From Squalus acanthias (lineage: Eukaryota): 64,000 nt of DNA. Shown here piece after piece: positions 1 through 14,126 of the stretch (position 1 is the first letter of the stretch; each line of letters starts with the position of its first letter). The position numbers were made by a program, and so were the translations under genes. Location: positions 25,174,001 to 25,238,000 of the forward strand of contig CM059433.1 of assembly GCA_030390025.1 (NCBI GenBank), read 5' to 3'. The notes beneath the pieces were generated by a model that was given only the letters and a program-made list of their open reading frames with translations, did no database searches and was not told the DNA's origin.

Positions 1-299
1 CCCCCCCCATGAAACAGGCATTTGGCATCTTGAATCTCCATGTGAGCCAGCTTAGCATCAGAGTCCGCCAAATTTCCTAAGGTCCCATACAGCGAGCTGC
101 ATCGGGATACTTGATTGGCGGGTTTATGAAGATAAGGCCGCAGGCCCAATTTCGAGCAGGACTCAGGATTCCTTTTTGGAATTTTAAGTGATTTTTTTTC
201 ATGATATCTGACTATTTTTGAATTCTTATTCTCACTGAGAGCAGATGATAACAAATTGCATTGATATTTAATGCAGAAAAATGCTAAAGGCTCTTCATG

Positions 300-510
300 A
301 TGGCTTAAGAAAAATGAATGCCAAGCTAAAGAAGGAGAGATTAGGAGGGGCGACCACAAGCTTGGTCAAAGTGGTGGGTGTAAGGAGGGTCGTGAATGAG
401 TAGAGGGAGGCAGATATATAGAGGGATTTAGGGAGGGAATTCCAGAGCATAGGGCATTGTCGGCTGAAGGTACGGCCACCAATGGTGGGAGGAAGGGAGG
501 GAGGATGCAC
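300..510 (-). mobile_element. L2 LINE 3' fragment (old)
   Basis: Translation GGRTFSRQCPMLWNSLPKSL..S..SF..LL resembles the L2 ORF2 C-terminus and the copy at 5400-5609. Confidence 0.65.
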
Positions 511-1548
511 AAGAGTAATGGAGAGTTGGGAATGGAATCATTCTGAACACACATATCAGAGTTATTTCTAAAACAATGTACAGTTCACCCAGCACAGTAT
601 TTTCTTTCTATATAAAACAAGCCATTGATAGAATGTAATGAGAAAGCCTATTAAATTTTAATACTAACACATGACAGTCCTTGAAACAGATTCCATTCTA
701 TGACTGGGGAGTATCTGTCTGGGGGTGTATTGTGGGGGAGGTATCCCACGTAGTGATGACTGCCTGACAACCACGCTCAGTTGCACTATTGTCCAAGCGA
801 GTCAGGAAAACTCAGCCATGGTGAGAGGTGAAGGGCCCCAGCAACACGAAGATGAGAGGGCTTCTTGTGTCCTCCGGAACGCTCTTACTGGGGTTTGGGC
901 CTTCAGATGCTCTTTTAGCTGGGGTGTGGGCGGCGGGGGGGGTAGAAGTGTTGTCATGGAAGGCAGTGGAACGTGGAACTATCTCCATGGGGCAAGGGAG
1001 GGCTCTGGACTTGCTGGTATGTCACTGCACCTGAATATGTTGAGGAGGGCAGTTGAAGCCTACACTAAGCTAGAATGGTCATTCCACAGATGATCTCGGA
1101 AAAAATTACAGCAGCGTTCTTTGCTGCATTGAGATAAAGAGTGGATGGGCTTTCAGGAATTTATTAACTGGAACAAACTGTTTGTGTAGTGATATTAGAA
1201 CTGAAAGTGCTAGAGTAACAGCATGCAAAGTAATAAAACAGTATATTTTATAGATACTGTTAGCCAAATGAAATGTACCTGTGTCTAAATATAATTTGGG
1301 TTCAGACCTGTCAAATCAGACACATATATTTAAAAATCAATGTAATCGTTATTCATGACAAACTTCAAGTACCAGCAAAGCAGCAACATGACCATAGCAG
1401 AAAGAGGACATTGCACTACGTTTATGCTATGAGGCAACCCTACCAAGGGGACACTGTGATTATCTCTGTCCCAGGTACTATGTCAACAATGGCCTTCTTT
1501 CTTCTGTGGAAGATTCACTGCAGGTTCCTGTCTAGGTATAGACTCTCT

Positions 1549-1935
1549 GGCTGGAAAATTCGGCTCCATAGCGCCCGCTGTTTGGGGCCTACGGGTGCTG
1601 TTTTGGGTCCAAAATGGCGTCCGTGGCACGTGCGCACACTTCTGGTGCAGGGTTGCGCCGGACGCCATCTTGGGTAGGGCGTTAGCATGGGCGCAGGGAG
1701 TCTGTGCCTGAAGTATGCAGAGTAGGCAGATTGTGATGTCAATCAGCATGCAACACTAATTTGACACCAGTGATGCCATTTTGGAGCTCAACGCTCCAAC
1801 TAGCGCCCTCTCTTAAGCTCACACAGCTGAACATGCTTTCAGCAGCAGGAAGGACTCCCCCTCCCCCCACCAGCGCTATTTAAAGGGATCATCAACTACT
1901 TACAGGTTAGTTGCTGATTGATTTCTACTGCGCTG
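1549..1935 (+). mobile_element. PIF/Harbinger terminal fragment
   Basis: Starts GGCTGGAAAATTCG; similar to the reverse complement of the Harbinger end at about 36180-36545 (peptides 1483..1749 and 36299..36517 are related). Confidence 0.7.
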
Positions 1936-2099
1936 GGCTTGAGGAGTTAGCTAAAAAATGTCTACTGTCAATATATGTATTTTATATTACTCATTATTTA
2001 TTTGTACATTATTTGGGTAATAAATTTGCTTCCTATTTTAAACATTAAAGATGAAATTCACCATGATGCTCTATCCCTTTCATAGAATTAAGTTGTAAT

Positions 2100-2228
2100 G
2101 GAGACATAAGGTAACTTTCAAAAGGATATTGGATATATACTTGAAGGGGAAAAATTTGCAGGGCTATGGGAATGAGCAGAGGAGTGGGACTAATTGGACA
2201 GCTCTTTCAAAAAGCCGGCACAGGCACA
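2100..2228 (+). mobile_element. CR1 LINE 3' fragment
   Basis: ..LDIYLKGKNLQGYG plus a 3'UTR like the copies at 11318-11480 and 61050-61210. Confidence 0.7.
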
Positions 2229-2846
2229 ATTGGCCAATGGCCTTCTTTGGGGTCGGGTCAGAGGTTAAAATTTTGAAAATCTCAAACCTGACCCCAACTC
2301 GCCCACTTCCGGGTTTAACGCAAGCGGGACAAGGGGCGGGCAGCCAACCCTCTCCCACGAGGCGGGTTGGCAATTTAAATATTTTAAAGAGACCGGCAGC
2401 CTCTGATTTAACCTGTTTTACAGATTTAACTGTGGCCTGCCGGGTTTCCCAGTCCTCGGGAAACCCGACAGCTGAAGGAAAGTGAGGACAGCTTCGGAGA
2501 GAAGGTAATTGCCTTTATAGCACTGCTTGTGGGCCAGGAGGAGCAGGATTGCTCCCCCCCACCCCTCGGCTCCCCAAGCTACCCCCACCCCAATCGGACC
2601 CCCTCCCATACAAAGACCCCCGGGTCGTGGATCGGACCTACCTGGTCCTGTCCTGCGGCCTGCTCCAGAGCCCTCCCCACCTGACTGGAAACCAGGCCTG
2701 TCAATCAGGCTGACTTCTGGGCGGGGAACCTGTCAATGACAAAAGACGTATGTTTTGGAGTTAAAATGCCACAGCGTGAGGGATTTCCCGTCTGAAACTC
2801 CGCCCCCCCTCGCCTATGTAACCCGCCCCTGTTAATATCCAGGCCT
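2229..2846. mobile_element. Harbinger-type non-autonomous element (partial)
   Basis: GC-rich body ending AATATCCAGGCC, the reverse complement of the GG(C/G)CTGGATTT-type TIR seen throughout the window. Confidence 0.5.
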
Positions 2847-3742
2847 ATGATTCTGTAGAAATTACAAAATGGGTTTACTATTAAGTTTACTGCTTACTGA
2901 TTGGGTTTACTGTTAATTTTTTAGGTCTTTTTAAAGCTTTTTTTAAAACTAATTCTGGGGATGTGGTCATCACGGACAAGGCTGTCATTTATTGCCCATC
3001 CCTAGTTTGTGTAAATTGATTTACAATCAAACTTGAGTACCTCAGTTGGTTGCATGCTTTTGAGTCAAGAAGCCATGCATCAGTTTTGTTACAAAATGTA
3101 AAGTATGCAATGCAATTTACACCAGCCCATTGTGTGTTTAGATACAAATGGGAAAACTCTTTTTATTAACATAGTTTCCCGTCAACGTAAAACCACCTCG
3201 TTCAGATCACGCTAGGATTTCACTTTGCTCCGATCCCATGTTTTCTGTTTCTCTTTATTTTTTTCTTTCCTTCTGTCATTATCTTGTTGCCAATTTCTGT
3301 GTGTGTTTTGTTCTTCTCCCTTTTCCTTGTTCTGTTCCTTTTTAAATGCTGTACATCTGTAACACTGTCCAGTCCTGAGGAAGGATCTTTAGACCTGAAA
3401 TGTAGACGAACTGACTTCTCTTTTGCCCTGGATGCTGCTTGACCTGCTGAGTATTACCAGCTTTTTTACTCTATTTGTTTTCTCTCTGTTGTTTTTAATT
3501 GGTTATGGTGTTTAAATCTTTTTTTTTATGCTTTTCTCCAATTTCTTTAGTAAACTGTGTTCTTTGTACAGCTCGCAAGATACTTTTGTAACGTGATTTT
3601 GTGCTCTGGAGTATTTCTCTGTGTAACACAAATTTTGAATTGCAAAGGCCACTTGCTGTGGGCCTGCTCAACTGTAGTCCACCAGTGAGTGTGGTTGTGT
3701 ATTTGTTTGTGGGGCGGGGAAAACGACTTCCATTACCTGTCT

Positions 3743-3928
3743 GGAAACACTCAGCAGGTCAGGCAGCATCCGTGGAGAGAGAAACAGTGTTAACGTTTCA
3801 GGCTGATGACCCTTCGTCAGAACAGATTATGACCAAGGGTCATTGACCTGAAACGTTAACTCTGTTTCTCTCTCCAAGGATGCTGCCTGACCTGCTGAGT
3901 GTTTCCAGCATTTTCTGTTGTTATTTCA
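3743..3928. mobile_element. Penelope family A mini-element (fold-back pLTR) with 18-bp TSD
   Basis: Inverted pLTR arms; GACTTCCATTACCTGTCT directly repeated at 3725-3742 and 3929-3946; hammerhead core on the minus strand at 3789-3823. Confidence 0.85.
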
Positions 3929-4224
3929 GACTTCCATTACCTGTCTAACCTGTTTTCAGGTTTTACAAACTCAGATTGCAACTAATGCTCTGTTTGGCAG
4001 CTTGCATCTTTAAATTATGAATGTTAAACCTGCCAATGACAGATTTTTAATTCTTGTTTCCTAAGCATTAAATCTACTGACCAAATGTTCAGTAAATTGA
4101 AATGTCAGGAAAAAGCAAATCCTTCAATTTTGCCTCAATTTCTTGCTATGATTTTCCTGACAGTCTTAATAGTTCAGTTGTTTCCACAGTCTTGGTTAAG
4201 TACTGCTTCAAGTAGATTAATATT

Positions 4225-5052
4225 GGCCGAGAATTTGCTGAATGACGCACACAGTTATTAACGTACAAATCACCCAGCAACCTGTGGCGAGGAACAGATA
4301 CCCCGTGAATTGTGAATCTCCATGATTGTAAATCGTTACATGATTTGCGCTACTCCATCATTAGCTTCATGAAAATGGCATCTCGCCCTTAACCTCCCTG
4401 TGTGTTTCATTAAGTTGCTGCATTTGCACATTAATTGCCCATTAATCTCGCCACAGAAAGTTAAATCTAGTAACTAACAGCGTTAGTACCCTTTTAACAA
4501 CGTGATAATTGTTAATGACTGCCAATCAACCTCTCTGGCTCAGAAAGTGAACAATTAAAAGTGAGAAGTCTTATTACTGCATGTAGTGAAATGTCAAAAA
4601 AATTGTACTTTTCCTTTCTGTCTCTTTTTTCTCTCTCTCTTAATTCAATCTTTTTTCCCTCTCTTTATTTCTCATTACAACAGTGACTACACTCCAAAAA
4701 GTACTTCATTGCTGTAAAGTGCTTTGAGACATCCGGTAGTCGTGAAAGGCGTTATATAAAATGCAAGTCTTTCTTTCTTTCTGTACTTGATTTGACATTA
4801 AATTCACCCACTCTAATTCACCCTCCTTCTCAGCCCTTCCTCTGCTTATTTCTCAGTCCTTAAATCTCATTGGTTAAGGAGATACCCTGTTGATCCTGTT
4901 GTTCACCAAAGTCCCAGATACCCTGTTGCTCTTGCCATGCTCGCACTTCCAGCAACTTACAGGACAAAAAAAGGTTTTAGCTGAAAGTTGCAGGAAAATG
5001 TCTCACTAACCAGGCACACCGTGAGATACCCCGCTCCAGCAAATTCTGGGCC
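4225..5052. mobile_element. Harbinger-type MITE containing a DeuSINE tail (about 4673-4780)
   Basis: Imperfect TIRs GGCCGAGAATTTGCTG / CAGCAAATTCTGGGCC; interior related to 13379-14126 and 20645-21943. Confidence 0.7.
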
Positions 5053-5321
5053 CCATTTATTTATTATGTAATTATCTAAAACAAGTGTCTTCATCTAATT
5101 GCAGATGGAAAAATTCTTACTCTTTAGAGCTGAATCAGACAAGAATACAATTAAAATGTAATGAGCTAATGAATGAGTTTAATATGTTACCTGAAGATGG
5201 CTGGTCCAAAGTTTCACTGAAAGGAAGGGAACTGTTAAACAGTGAGAGAGATCATTGTGCACTCAGGAAATGCAATTGAATAGGAGAGGAAAGTGACAAG
5301 GAAATTGAGGGAAATGATCTA

Positions 5322-6615
5322 CTACAACAACAACAACTTGCATTTTATATAGCGCCTATAATGTAGTAAAACATCCCAAGGTGCTTCACAGGAGCGTTAT
5401 CAAACAAAATTTGACACCGAGCCACATAAGGAGATATTAGGGCAAGTGACCAAAAGCTTGGACAAAGAGGTAGGTTTAAGGAGCATCTTAAAGGAGGAAA
5501 GAGAGGTAGCGAGGCGGAGAGGTTTAGCGAGGGATTTCCAGAGCTTGGGGCCTAGGCAGCTGAAAGCACGGGCACCAATGCTGGAGCGATTAAAATCGGA
5601 GATGCGCAAGAGGCCAGAATTGGAGGAGCGCAGAGATCTCGAAGTTTTTTAGGGCTGGAGGAGGTTACAGAGATAGAGAGGGGCGAGGCCACGGAGGGAT
5701 TTGAAAACAAGGATGAGAATTTTAAAATTGAGGCGTTGCCGGACTGGGAGCCAATGTAGGTCAGCGAGCACAGATGAACGGGGCTTGGTGCGAGTTAGGA
5801 TACGGGCCGCATAGTTTTGGATGAGATCAAGTTTATGGAGGGTGGAAGATGGGAAGCCAGCCAGGAGAGCGTTGGAATAATCAAGTCTTGAGGCAACAAA
5901 GGCATGGATGAGAGTTACACATAAGAACATAAGAATTAGGAGCAGGAGTAGGCCATACTGTCCCTCGAGCCTGCTCCGCCATTCAATAAGATCATGGCTG
6001 ATCTTTGACCTCAGTTCCACTTTCTTGCCTGATCACCATATCCCTTGATTCCCCACGAGTCCAAAAATCTATCTATCTCAGCCGTGAATATACTCAATGA
6101 CTCAGCATCCACAGCCCTTTGGGGTAGAGAATTCCAAAGACTCACAACCCTCTGAGTGAAGAAAGCAGCTGAGGCTTTCAGCAGCAGATGAGCTGAGGCA
6201 GGGGCAGAGTTGAACGATGTTATGAAGATGGAAGTAGATGGTCTTTGTGATGGCGCAGATTTGTGGTCGGAAGCTCATCTCGGCATCAAATGCGACACCA
6301 AGGTTGCAAACGGTCTGGTTCAGCCTCAGACAGTTGCCAGGGAGAGGGATGGAGTCAGTGGTAAGGGAACAGAGTTTGTGGTGGGGACCAGAGAGAATGA
6401 CTTTGGTCTTCCTAATATTTAGTTGGAGGAAATTTCTGCTCATCTCATCCATTACTGAATGTCGGACAAGCAGTGTGACAAATTAGAGACAGTGGAGGGG
6501 TCGAGAGAGGTGGTGGCGAGGTACAGCTGGGTGTCATCAGCGTACATGTGGAACCTGATGTGTTTTCAGATGATGTCACCGAGGAGCAGCATGTAGATGA
6601 GAAATAGGAGGGGGC
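5322..6615 (-). mobile_element. L2 LINE 3' portion (RT C-terminus to (GTT)n tail)
   Basis: Fragments MSRNFLQLNIRKTKVI, HAFVASRLDYSNALLAG, LHWLPVRQRLNFKIL, GARAFS..GPKLW; tail CAACAACAAC at about 5325. Confidence 0.9.
5918..6163 (-). mobile_element. CR1 3' fragment nested in the L2
   Basis: (ACATAAGA)n tail followed by GGAGCAGGAGTAGGCCAT; interrupts the L2 reading frame. Confidence 0.85.
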
Positions 6616-8164
6616 CTTGTCATTAGACTTAGACAGAGGAAGTAATTAGGATCCTCCAGGGCATTGGTAAAAATCTTTAACTATTCTCTAGCAGGTAGGA
6701 AATTAGAAGTTGGGTACAAATTCAAATTACTACAGCGCATCTCATTTCTCCTCCTTATCATCTATGCAGAGGTGATAATAGTCAATAATTACAGCTTACT
6801 TCTGAGTGAATGTCTTATTTCGCAATTGTCAGTAAATTGTATAAAAATAATCCCCTGAAATGTGCACGGATTCATATACATACACTTAAATTAAAAAAAA
6901 GAAAAGGCTTGAACTTGTTAAATAGCGTAACGTGATTCATGAGTTTTGATAGCAATGTGGTGGCCTTCTCTATCAATTGAAGGTTTAGTTGTGAGAGACA
7001 TTCACTTGAAGTGTATTGCCAGTAACTCATCAGGAAGATCTATAATACACTTTTCAATGTCCATAGTGCAGCAGATATTGAAGAGGGGAATTTTTGAAGT
7101 GTGCCATGGATACAGTTTACAGATGGCATGAATGTACCTCTGCCTGGGGCGTAATCTCCCCCTTAAATGTTGACGTATTTTCAGTGGCCTTTTAACCAGA
7201 CGTTGCGTCTACTCCCAGCCACTTTCATCTCTGGGGCAGCTGCTCAACTTCTGTGGGTTTTCAATGTCCTGTAACCATAGGCTGGGGTTTTATGAGAAGC
7301 ACAATTACAATTGTATTGTCTTTGCAGCATCTCTGGCTTAACCCTGGTGAGGACATTTTTACGTATAATTATTGTAAATGAATCATCCAATTGGTTTTTG
7401 ACAGATTCGTGGGCTACTCCCTCCCAGCTGTAAGCCGAAATAAGTCACTAAACAGATTGTTGAAAATACTTGGTAACAGAGAACATTATGTTCTTCAGGC
7501 AATGGAAGCTGATAGAATTTGGAGCTGACAGACAGTTCTGCATCGGGTATCGCAGTATGTGGTTGTTTAGGGAAAGGCAAGAGAAGGAGTTACATGGTTA
7601 AAAATACAGGGAAGGGAAGAATATCAGATTTTACGGTGAATTTTGATTTAGCCTTTCGGTCAAGCTATAGGTCTGCGAGATACTGAGAAAATGTTCCATA
7701 GTCCAGGAGGAATTTCTGCTGCCATTAATATGTAATGGCCCTAGATAGAATGAAGCATATTTGTTCAAACAGCACAATACACCTCTTCCAGAGAGCAGAC
7801 AACAGAACTAGTTTAAATTTGCCAAAAATACAACATAGAAATGCATAACTTGAAACAAGGATAGGTCCCCATTTCTGTCATACTAATAGAAATTCAGAAT
7901 GATACGTGGAATTAGGAAATTTGTATTCTAATTTAAATATAATTATGACAAGCAGTTGCATCATTATTTTGCTGCGGCTTCCTGGAGCAAAAAACACACA
8001 CGGCAGCAGGAATCTTACTAAGTAAAATAACACAAAGCCTATTTTGAAGCTCTAATCCATTGGAAGCTAAAGATATTTTTATAATGACAGACTCATTATT
8101 GGCATTATCGGTGAACTGAAAAAATTAAAGAACTATTGGGAGCACGTTTCAGAATATATTTGAG

Positions 8165-11100
8165 GAGATTTAGAGTGGTGATATTGGGGGACTTTAATTA
8201 CCCAAATATCACTTGGGATAGTGCTAGGGTAAAGGGAAAGGAGGGGGAGGAATTTCTGAAATGTGTTCAGGAAAATTTCCTTGACCAATATGTTCTTGGC
8301 CCAACTGGGAAGGAGGCATTTCTGGATCTGGTGCTGGGGAATGAGGTGGGTCAGGTTGACCAAGTGTCTGTGGGAGAACACTTGGGTACAAGTGATCATC
8401 GTATCATAAGATTTAAATTAGCAATGACGAAGAGAAAGGAACAATCTAGAGTGGAACTTCTAAACTGGAATAGGGCTAACTTCAATGGGATGCGAAAGGA
8501 TCTAGCCAGGGTAAAATGGAACCAAAAACTGACAGGAAAAACTGTAACGGAACAATGGGTGATCTTTAAGGAGGAGATGTTCCAAGTACAGGCTAGGTAC
8601 ATTCTAACAAGAGAGAAGGGCAAGGGAACCAAAGCAAGGGCTCCTTGGATGACGAGGGAGATAGAGAAGATGATGAAACAAAAAAAGAGGGTGTATGATG
8701 CATGTCAGGTGAATTCTTCAAGGGAGAACCAGACCAAATACAATAAGTTGAGAGGGGATGTGAAGATGAAAATAAGATTGGCAAAGAGAGAATATGAGAG
8801 TAGAATGGCGGTTAACATAAAAGGGAACCCAAAAATCTTCTACAGGCATTTAAACAGTAAGCGGGTAGTAAGAGGCGGGGTGGGGCCTATTAGAGACAAA
8901 GAGGGTCATATATGCTTAGAGGCGCAGGGCAAGGCTAGAATACTCAATGAGTACTTTGTTTACTAAGGAGGTGGATGCTGACAAAATATCGGTAGAATTG
9001 GAAAAGGTAGAACCAATGGAAGGGGTGAAAATTGATAGACAGGGTGCAGTAGAAAGGCTGGCTATGCTTAGAGTGGACAAGTCACCTGCTCCAGATGGCC
9101 TGCATCCCAGGTTGCTAAGGGAATTGGGGGAGGAGATAGCGGAAGGGCTTGCCATAATTTTCCAATCTTCCCTAGATGCGGGGGAGGTGCCTGAGGATTG
9201 GAAAGTGGCAAATGTGACACCATTGTTCAAGAAAGGGTATAAGGACAATCCTAGTAACTACAGGCCGGTCAGTTTAACATCAGTGGTGGGTAAAGTTTAG
9301 AAACAATAATCAAGGAAAAAATTAATGGGCACTTGGAGAGGTTTAAGCTAATTAAGGAGAGCCAACACGGATTTGTAAAAGGCAGATCGTGTTTGACTAA
9401 TCTAATTGAATTTTTTGATGAAGTAACAGAGAGGATTGATGAAGGGAATGCAATGGATGTTGTCTACATGGATTTTCGGAAGGCGTTTGACAAAGTACCA
9501 CATAGAAGGCTGGTTATCAAAATTGAGGCTCATGGAATAGGTGGATCAGTGGCAGCTTGGATAAGGAATTGGCTTAAGGACAGAAAACAGCGAGTTGTGG
9601 TAAATGGCTGTTTTTCAGACTGGTGGATGGTAGACAGTGGTATTCCCCAAGGGTCAGTGCTGGGGCCACTGCTTTTTTTGATATATATAAATTACCTGGA
9701 TATTGGAATACAGAGAAGAATTTCTAAATTTGCCGATGACACCAAACTGCTGGCAAACAGTGACGATGATATCAATCGACTGCAACAGGACATAGAAAGG
9801 CTAGCAGAATGGGCAGACAAGTGGCAGATGGAATTTAATACAGAGAAGTGTGAGGTGATGCATTTTGGCAGAAGGAACAGGGAGAGACAATATACACTTA
9901 ATGGCACAGTTTTAAAGAGTGTGCAGGGACAGAGGGACCTGGGAGTTAATGTGCATAGGTCCCTGAAGGTGGCAGGACATATTGAGAGAGTGGTTAACAA
10001 AGCATATGGGATCTTGGGCTTCATAAATATAGGTATTGAGTACAAAAGTAGAGAAGTTATGCTGAACCTTTATAAAGCACTGGTTAGGCCACAACTGGAG
10101 TATTGCGTCCAGTTCTGGTCACCACACTATAGGAAGGATGTGAAGGCCCTTGAGAGGGTGCAGAGGAGATTTACCAGAACGGTTCCAGGGATGGGGATCT
10201 TAGCTACAAGGACAGGTTGGAGAAGCTGGATTTGTTTTCATTAGAGCAAAGGAGGTTGAGGGGTGATTTGATAGAGGTGTACAAGATTATGACAGGTTTG
10301 GATAGGCTAGACGGGGAAAGGCTGTTCCCACTAGTTGATGGTACAAGGACTAGGGGACATAGATTTAAGGTTTTGGGCAAAAGATACAGGGGGATGTGGG
10401 GAAAACCTTTTTACGCAGTGAGTGGTGATGACCTGGAATTCGCTGCCGACAGAAGTGGTGGAAGCGGAGACACTCAGGGGGAGAAATTTGGTATCGCTCC
10501 GTTTGGGGTGCAATTATCGGCCAGGCTCAAAGTGTAGCGCCTGCCGCTAATTATCACCTCCGACTGCAAATTTGGCTTCTATCGCCCCTGGAGGTGATTT
10601 GAGCGCTAAATCAGGCGCTACACACTTCTCTTAAGGCACTAACACCGAGGAGCGAGGCGCTATCTTAGAGCGTTGGCGAAGCTCATGTGATGTCAGTTAG
10701 CAATGGAACACAGATACACTGGCGCCAGCCAGTTCTTAAAGGGGAGGGTCGATCTTGCTCTCCAGCCACACCCTGCTCACTGCAGCCTTGAATCTCGGCC
10801 TGGAGGAACCTGTACAACAATTCTGCTGGAAAGAACAATGGAGAGGCCCAGGGAAAGCGCTCAGAATGCAGCCCCCATAGTCTCTTCTTAATCGATGCAA
10901 GGAAGGTCAAATCAAAATGAACCTGCAAAGTGCTGCTCAGTACCCAAAACTCCTTCACACAGCGTTGAATCTCTCCAGAAGTCTCTCTCTCTCTCTCTCT
11001 CTCAAAAAAGGCAGGAAGTGGCTGCCTTTAAATAGCGCTCACCCAGTCTCTTTTCCGACTGCAAAACGTTCCCCTCTAGGAATGGCAGGGGGCACCACTC

Positions 11101-11480
11101 AATATCCAATCCGGGGCGCTACCGGGGCGTTGCACGCTCGAGTGACGTAACGATCTGCGGGCGCAGGAGATCGTGGTGGTAGTGTTTAGCGCCGCCGCAA
11201 AATGTTTGGTCAATTTCGCGAGCGGCGCAAACATCGCTGCGCCCGGGCGCTAGTTGCTTTGCGCCCCGTTAGCGCGCTAACGGGAGGCGCTAATCAACCG
11301 AATTTCCCCCCCCCCAATGTTTATGGGGAGACTGGATAGCCACTTGAGGGAAATAACTTGCAGGGCTACGGGGATAGAGCGGGGGAATGGGACTGACTGG
11401 ATTACTCTACAGAGAGCCGGCATGGACTCAATGGGCCGAATGGCCTCCTTCTGTGCTGTTATACTCTATGACTCTATGAT
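8165..11480 (+). mobile_element. CR1 LINE, 5'-truncated ORF2 (APE C-half plus RT), frameshifted, split by a MITE
   Basis: VILGDFNYP, LDLVL..SDH (APE); [52 protein letters not shown] (RT); (CTCTATGA)n tail at about 11465-11480. Confidence 0.95.
10477..11312. mobile_element. Harbinger-derived non-autonomous element inserted in the CR1
   Basis: TIRs GGGGGAGAAATTTGG / CCGAATTTCCCCCCC; CR1 sequence resumes at about 11316; contains a Myb-gene-like start MERPRESAQNAAP. Confidence 0.8.
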
Positions 11481-13209
11481 TTGCCTATCCCTATTCCTCT
11501 ATAACACGGAAAACCGACATGAAGGCAGGAGAATGAAAGCTCAATGCTCTGTTTGTGTCCCACTGATCAATATTACTATGGTGCTGTCATTATTTATTCG
11601 CATTGTTAAGTGAATTTGATTCTGCATTGTGTTCCCATTGATTGAAGGGTTCAGTACATAATCTACTAGAGAAGGTGGTTTGATTTGCAACATTATAACA
11701 GATAATGAAATAAATTGATTGATGGATATTGCAATCTTTTTTGTTTTGCAGCCTTTCTTTATCTGAACTCACCTATAGCTGAGTATTTTAGTCAAATGAC
11801 TGCAATTTATTTGGTTGGTTGATGCTGGGGCACCTGGATGGATCAATTAGGGCTTTGTTGTATCACAGCTGCAGGTCTCAGATCCAAGTTACTCAGCAGT
11901 CTCCCATCTCACTCTGTCCAAGGACAATGGAACTGTGCAGCTGCAGGCTGGTGTGCAGGGTCATAGTCACATGCCAGTTAGATTTTTTAATGAAGAACTG
12001 CCTATACAGGCTGATGGCTCACGGCCATTTCCACGTCAGTGCAAAGCAGTTTATGTGCAACAGTGCCAAACTGGCAGTTTAACTTGAGTTAGATCCTGAA
12101 CTGACTCCTGAGAATATTGGTCAATGTGTGAGGCCACCTCAGCGACACAAAGTACAATGTGTAATATAACACCAGCCTAGAGTTAAGCTACATTTTAAAA
12201 GTGCCCAGTTGGTACATTGGCCAGCCTGCACACTTTAGAAACTTAATTTGGATTTCTTCCCAATACTGTTTACTTGTGCTCAATACAAAAATCAACTTCC
12301 TTCGGCAAGCCTGCAATTATATGAACCAAAGCAGCAATTTTTCGACACATTCGGATAAACTAACAAGGAACGCTTCTGCCTTCGGATACGCCTACACACA
12401 GTATGCTTCTGATCACACTAAACCAATAAAAAGATCAGACTACAGGCGAAAAACGACTCATTAATATTTATTCAAGTGTAGAATTATATAGAAGCAAGAA
12501 TGAATCAGGATCCAAAGGAGACATGGCTCAGGTCTGGGGTGGGGTCTGGGCCATTCCCTCCCAATGGTGGGCAGCTGTCCCACCAACCTGATCCAAATGA
12601 GGTGCTCGCCCACTGACCCGCAAACCCCAGTGGGGTAGCACTGAAGGGCACCAGGAGGCACAATCCTGGCATAACCATGGGGTTTTGGGGCCAGAATCAT
12701 AGAGTATTACTGCACATTTGCCTCATCAAGTTTGTGCTGGTGTTTTTCTCCACATGAGACTCTTGTTTAAAATTGCTCTTTGTCAAGTAACTATATAACT
12801 CCTTTTAAAATAATTTATGAACTCTGCTTCAAAAACAGCTTAAGGCAGAATATTCCACATTCTTAACCACCCTCTGAATTTTTTCAAACCTTCCCTTTAA
12901 TTCATTTTGCAATGTATTTACATAAATTGGTGCCTTGTTGTTACTGTCTTGCTGGACCAGCAGAAATAATCCATCGCTATTTATCATATGATAATCCCTC
13001 ATAATCTTGAAGACCTCTATCAGGTCATCACTCGCCTTCTCAGTTCCAGTAAAAAAAAGCCTTAACTTTGCAAGTCTCCTCTTACTGTACCCTTCATCTT
13101 AGGTAACATCCTATTAAATTTATGTTGCATCTTTTCCATCAGTTTATTTCCTTCCTACAATGAAGTGTCTAACAGTGTGCACAATGCTCCAACTGTAGCC
13201 TAATTAAAC

Positions 13210-13362
13210 CTTCCTCTTTGAGCAAGCTTTTGATCACCTCTCCTAATATCTCCTTATGTGGTTCAGTATAAAATTTTGTTTGATAACGCTCCTGTGAAGC
13301 GCATTGGGAGGTTTGACTACGTTAAAGGCACTATATAAATGTAAGTTGTTGTTGTTGTTGTT
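13210..13362 (+). mobile_element. L2 3' tail
   Basis: Reverse-complement match to 5325-5480; ends in (GTT)n. Confidence 0.75.
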
Positions 13363-13378
13363 GTACAACTTCAACATT

Positions 13379-14126
13379 GGCCTGGATTTTGCAGCAGAAA
13401 TAGCGGTGAGCCTACCAGGACTTGCTGTCATTAAAGTGCAAATCAGACAGCAACTTCCAGCGACCACACATGCGTAATTAAATGCGGAAATCAGGAAGTT
13501 GCTGTCTGAGTTGCCCTGCTCCTCCAGAAGCTGCACTCGAGAGACCCGGCATTGAAATATATGGCAGGGCGTGAAGTTGCTGTACTTACGTGATTGATAC
13601 ACACTAGACTCGCCAGAAAAAGTTAGGGCTTATCCATGCAAGTGTAAGTAAATTTCAATGGCGAGATAAGTCTAAATTACTGCCAAACAACCTCTCTGAC
13701 AATGAAAATTAACTTTTACAAGTGTGGAGCCTCATTCCTTCATATTTTAATTATTGTTGGAGATTTAAAAAATTTACAAAATGTAAATAATTTTTTTTAA
13801 ATGTTTTCTTTGTCTCTTTTATCTCTCTCTCTCTTAATCGTTATTTCCCTCTCTTTATTTAGCATTGAATTTAATATTCTAACTGACACTTCCTGGTTCG
13901 GACTCTGCATGCCTCAGTAAGGATTCTGCAATCTAACTTGTTAAGGAGATGCACAGTTGCTTTCCCTATTCACACAGGTCCCAGATTCCCTGTAGAGTGT
14001 GTCGTGCCAAAATGGCTTTCTAATCACAGCAAGATCCAGTGCAAAATCACGTAGAAAATCTGTGGGTAAGTGCAAGTGTAATGAATGGCTGGTGCCATTT
14101 GTTTCCCGCTGAGCAAAATCCAGGCT
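13379..14126. mobile_element. Harbinger-type MITE
   Basis: TIRs GGCCTGGATTTTGC / GCAAAATCCAGGCT. Confidence 0.75.

Noticed and set aside
725..1093. 122-aa ORF
   Set aside because: No recognisable motif; possibly a decayed repeat, not supportable
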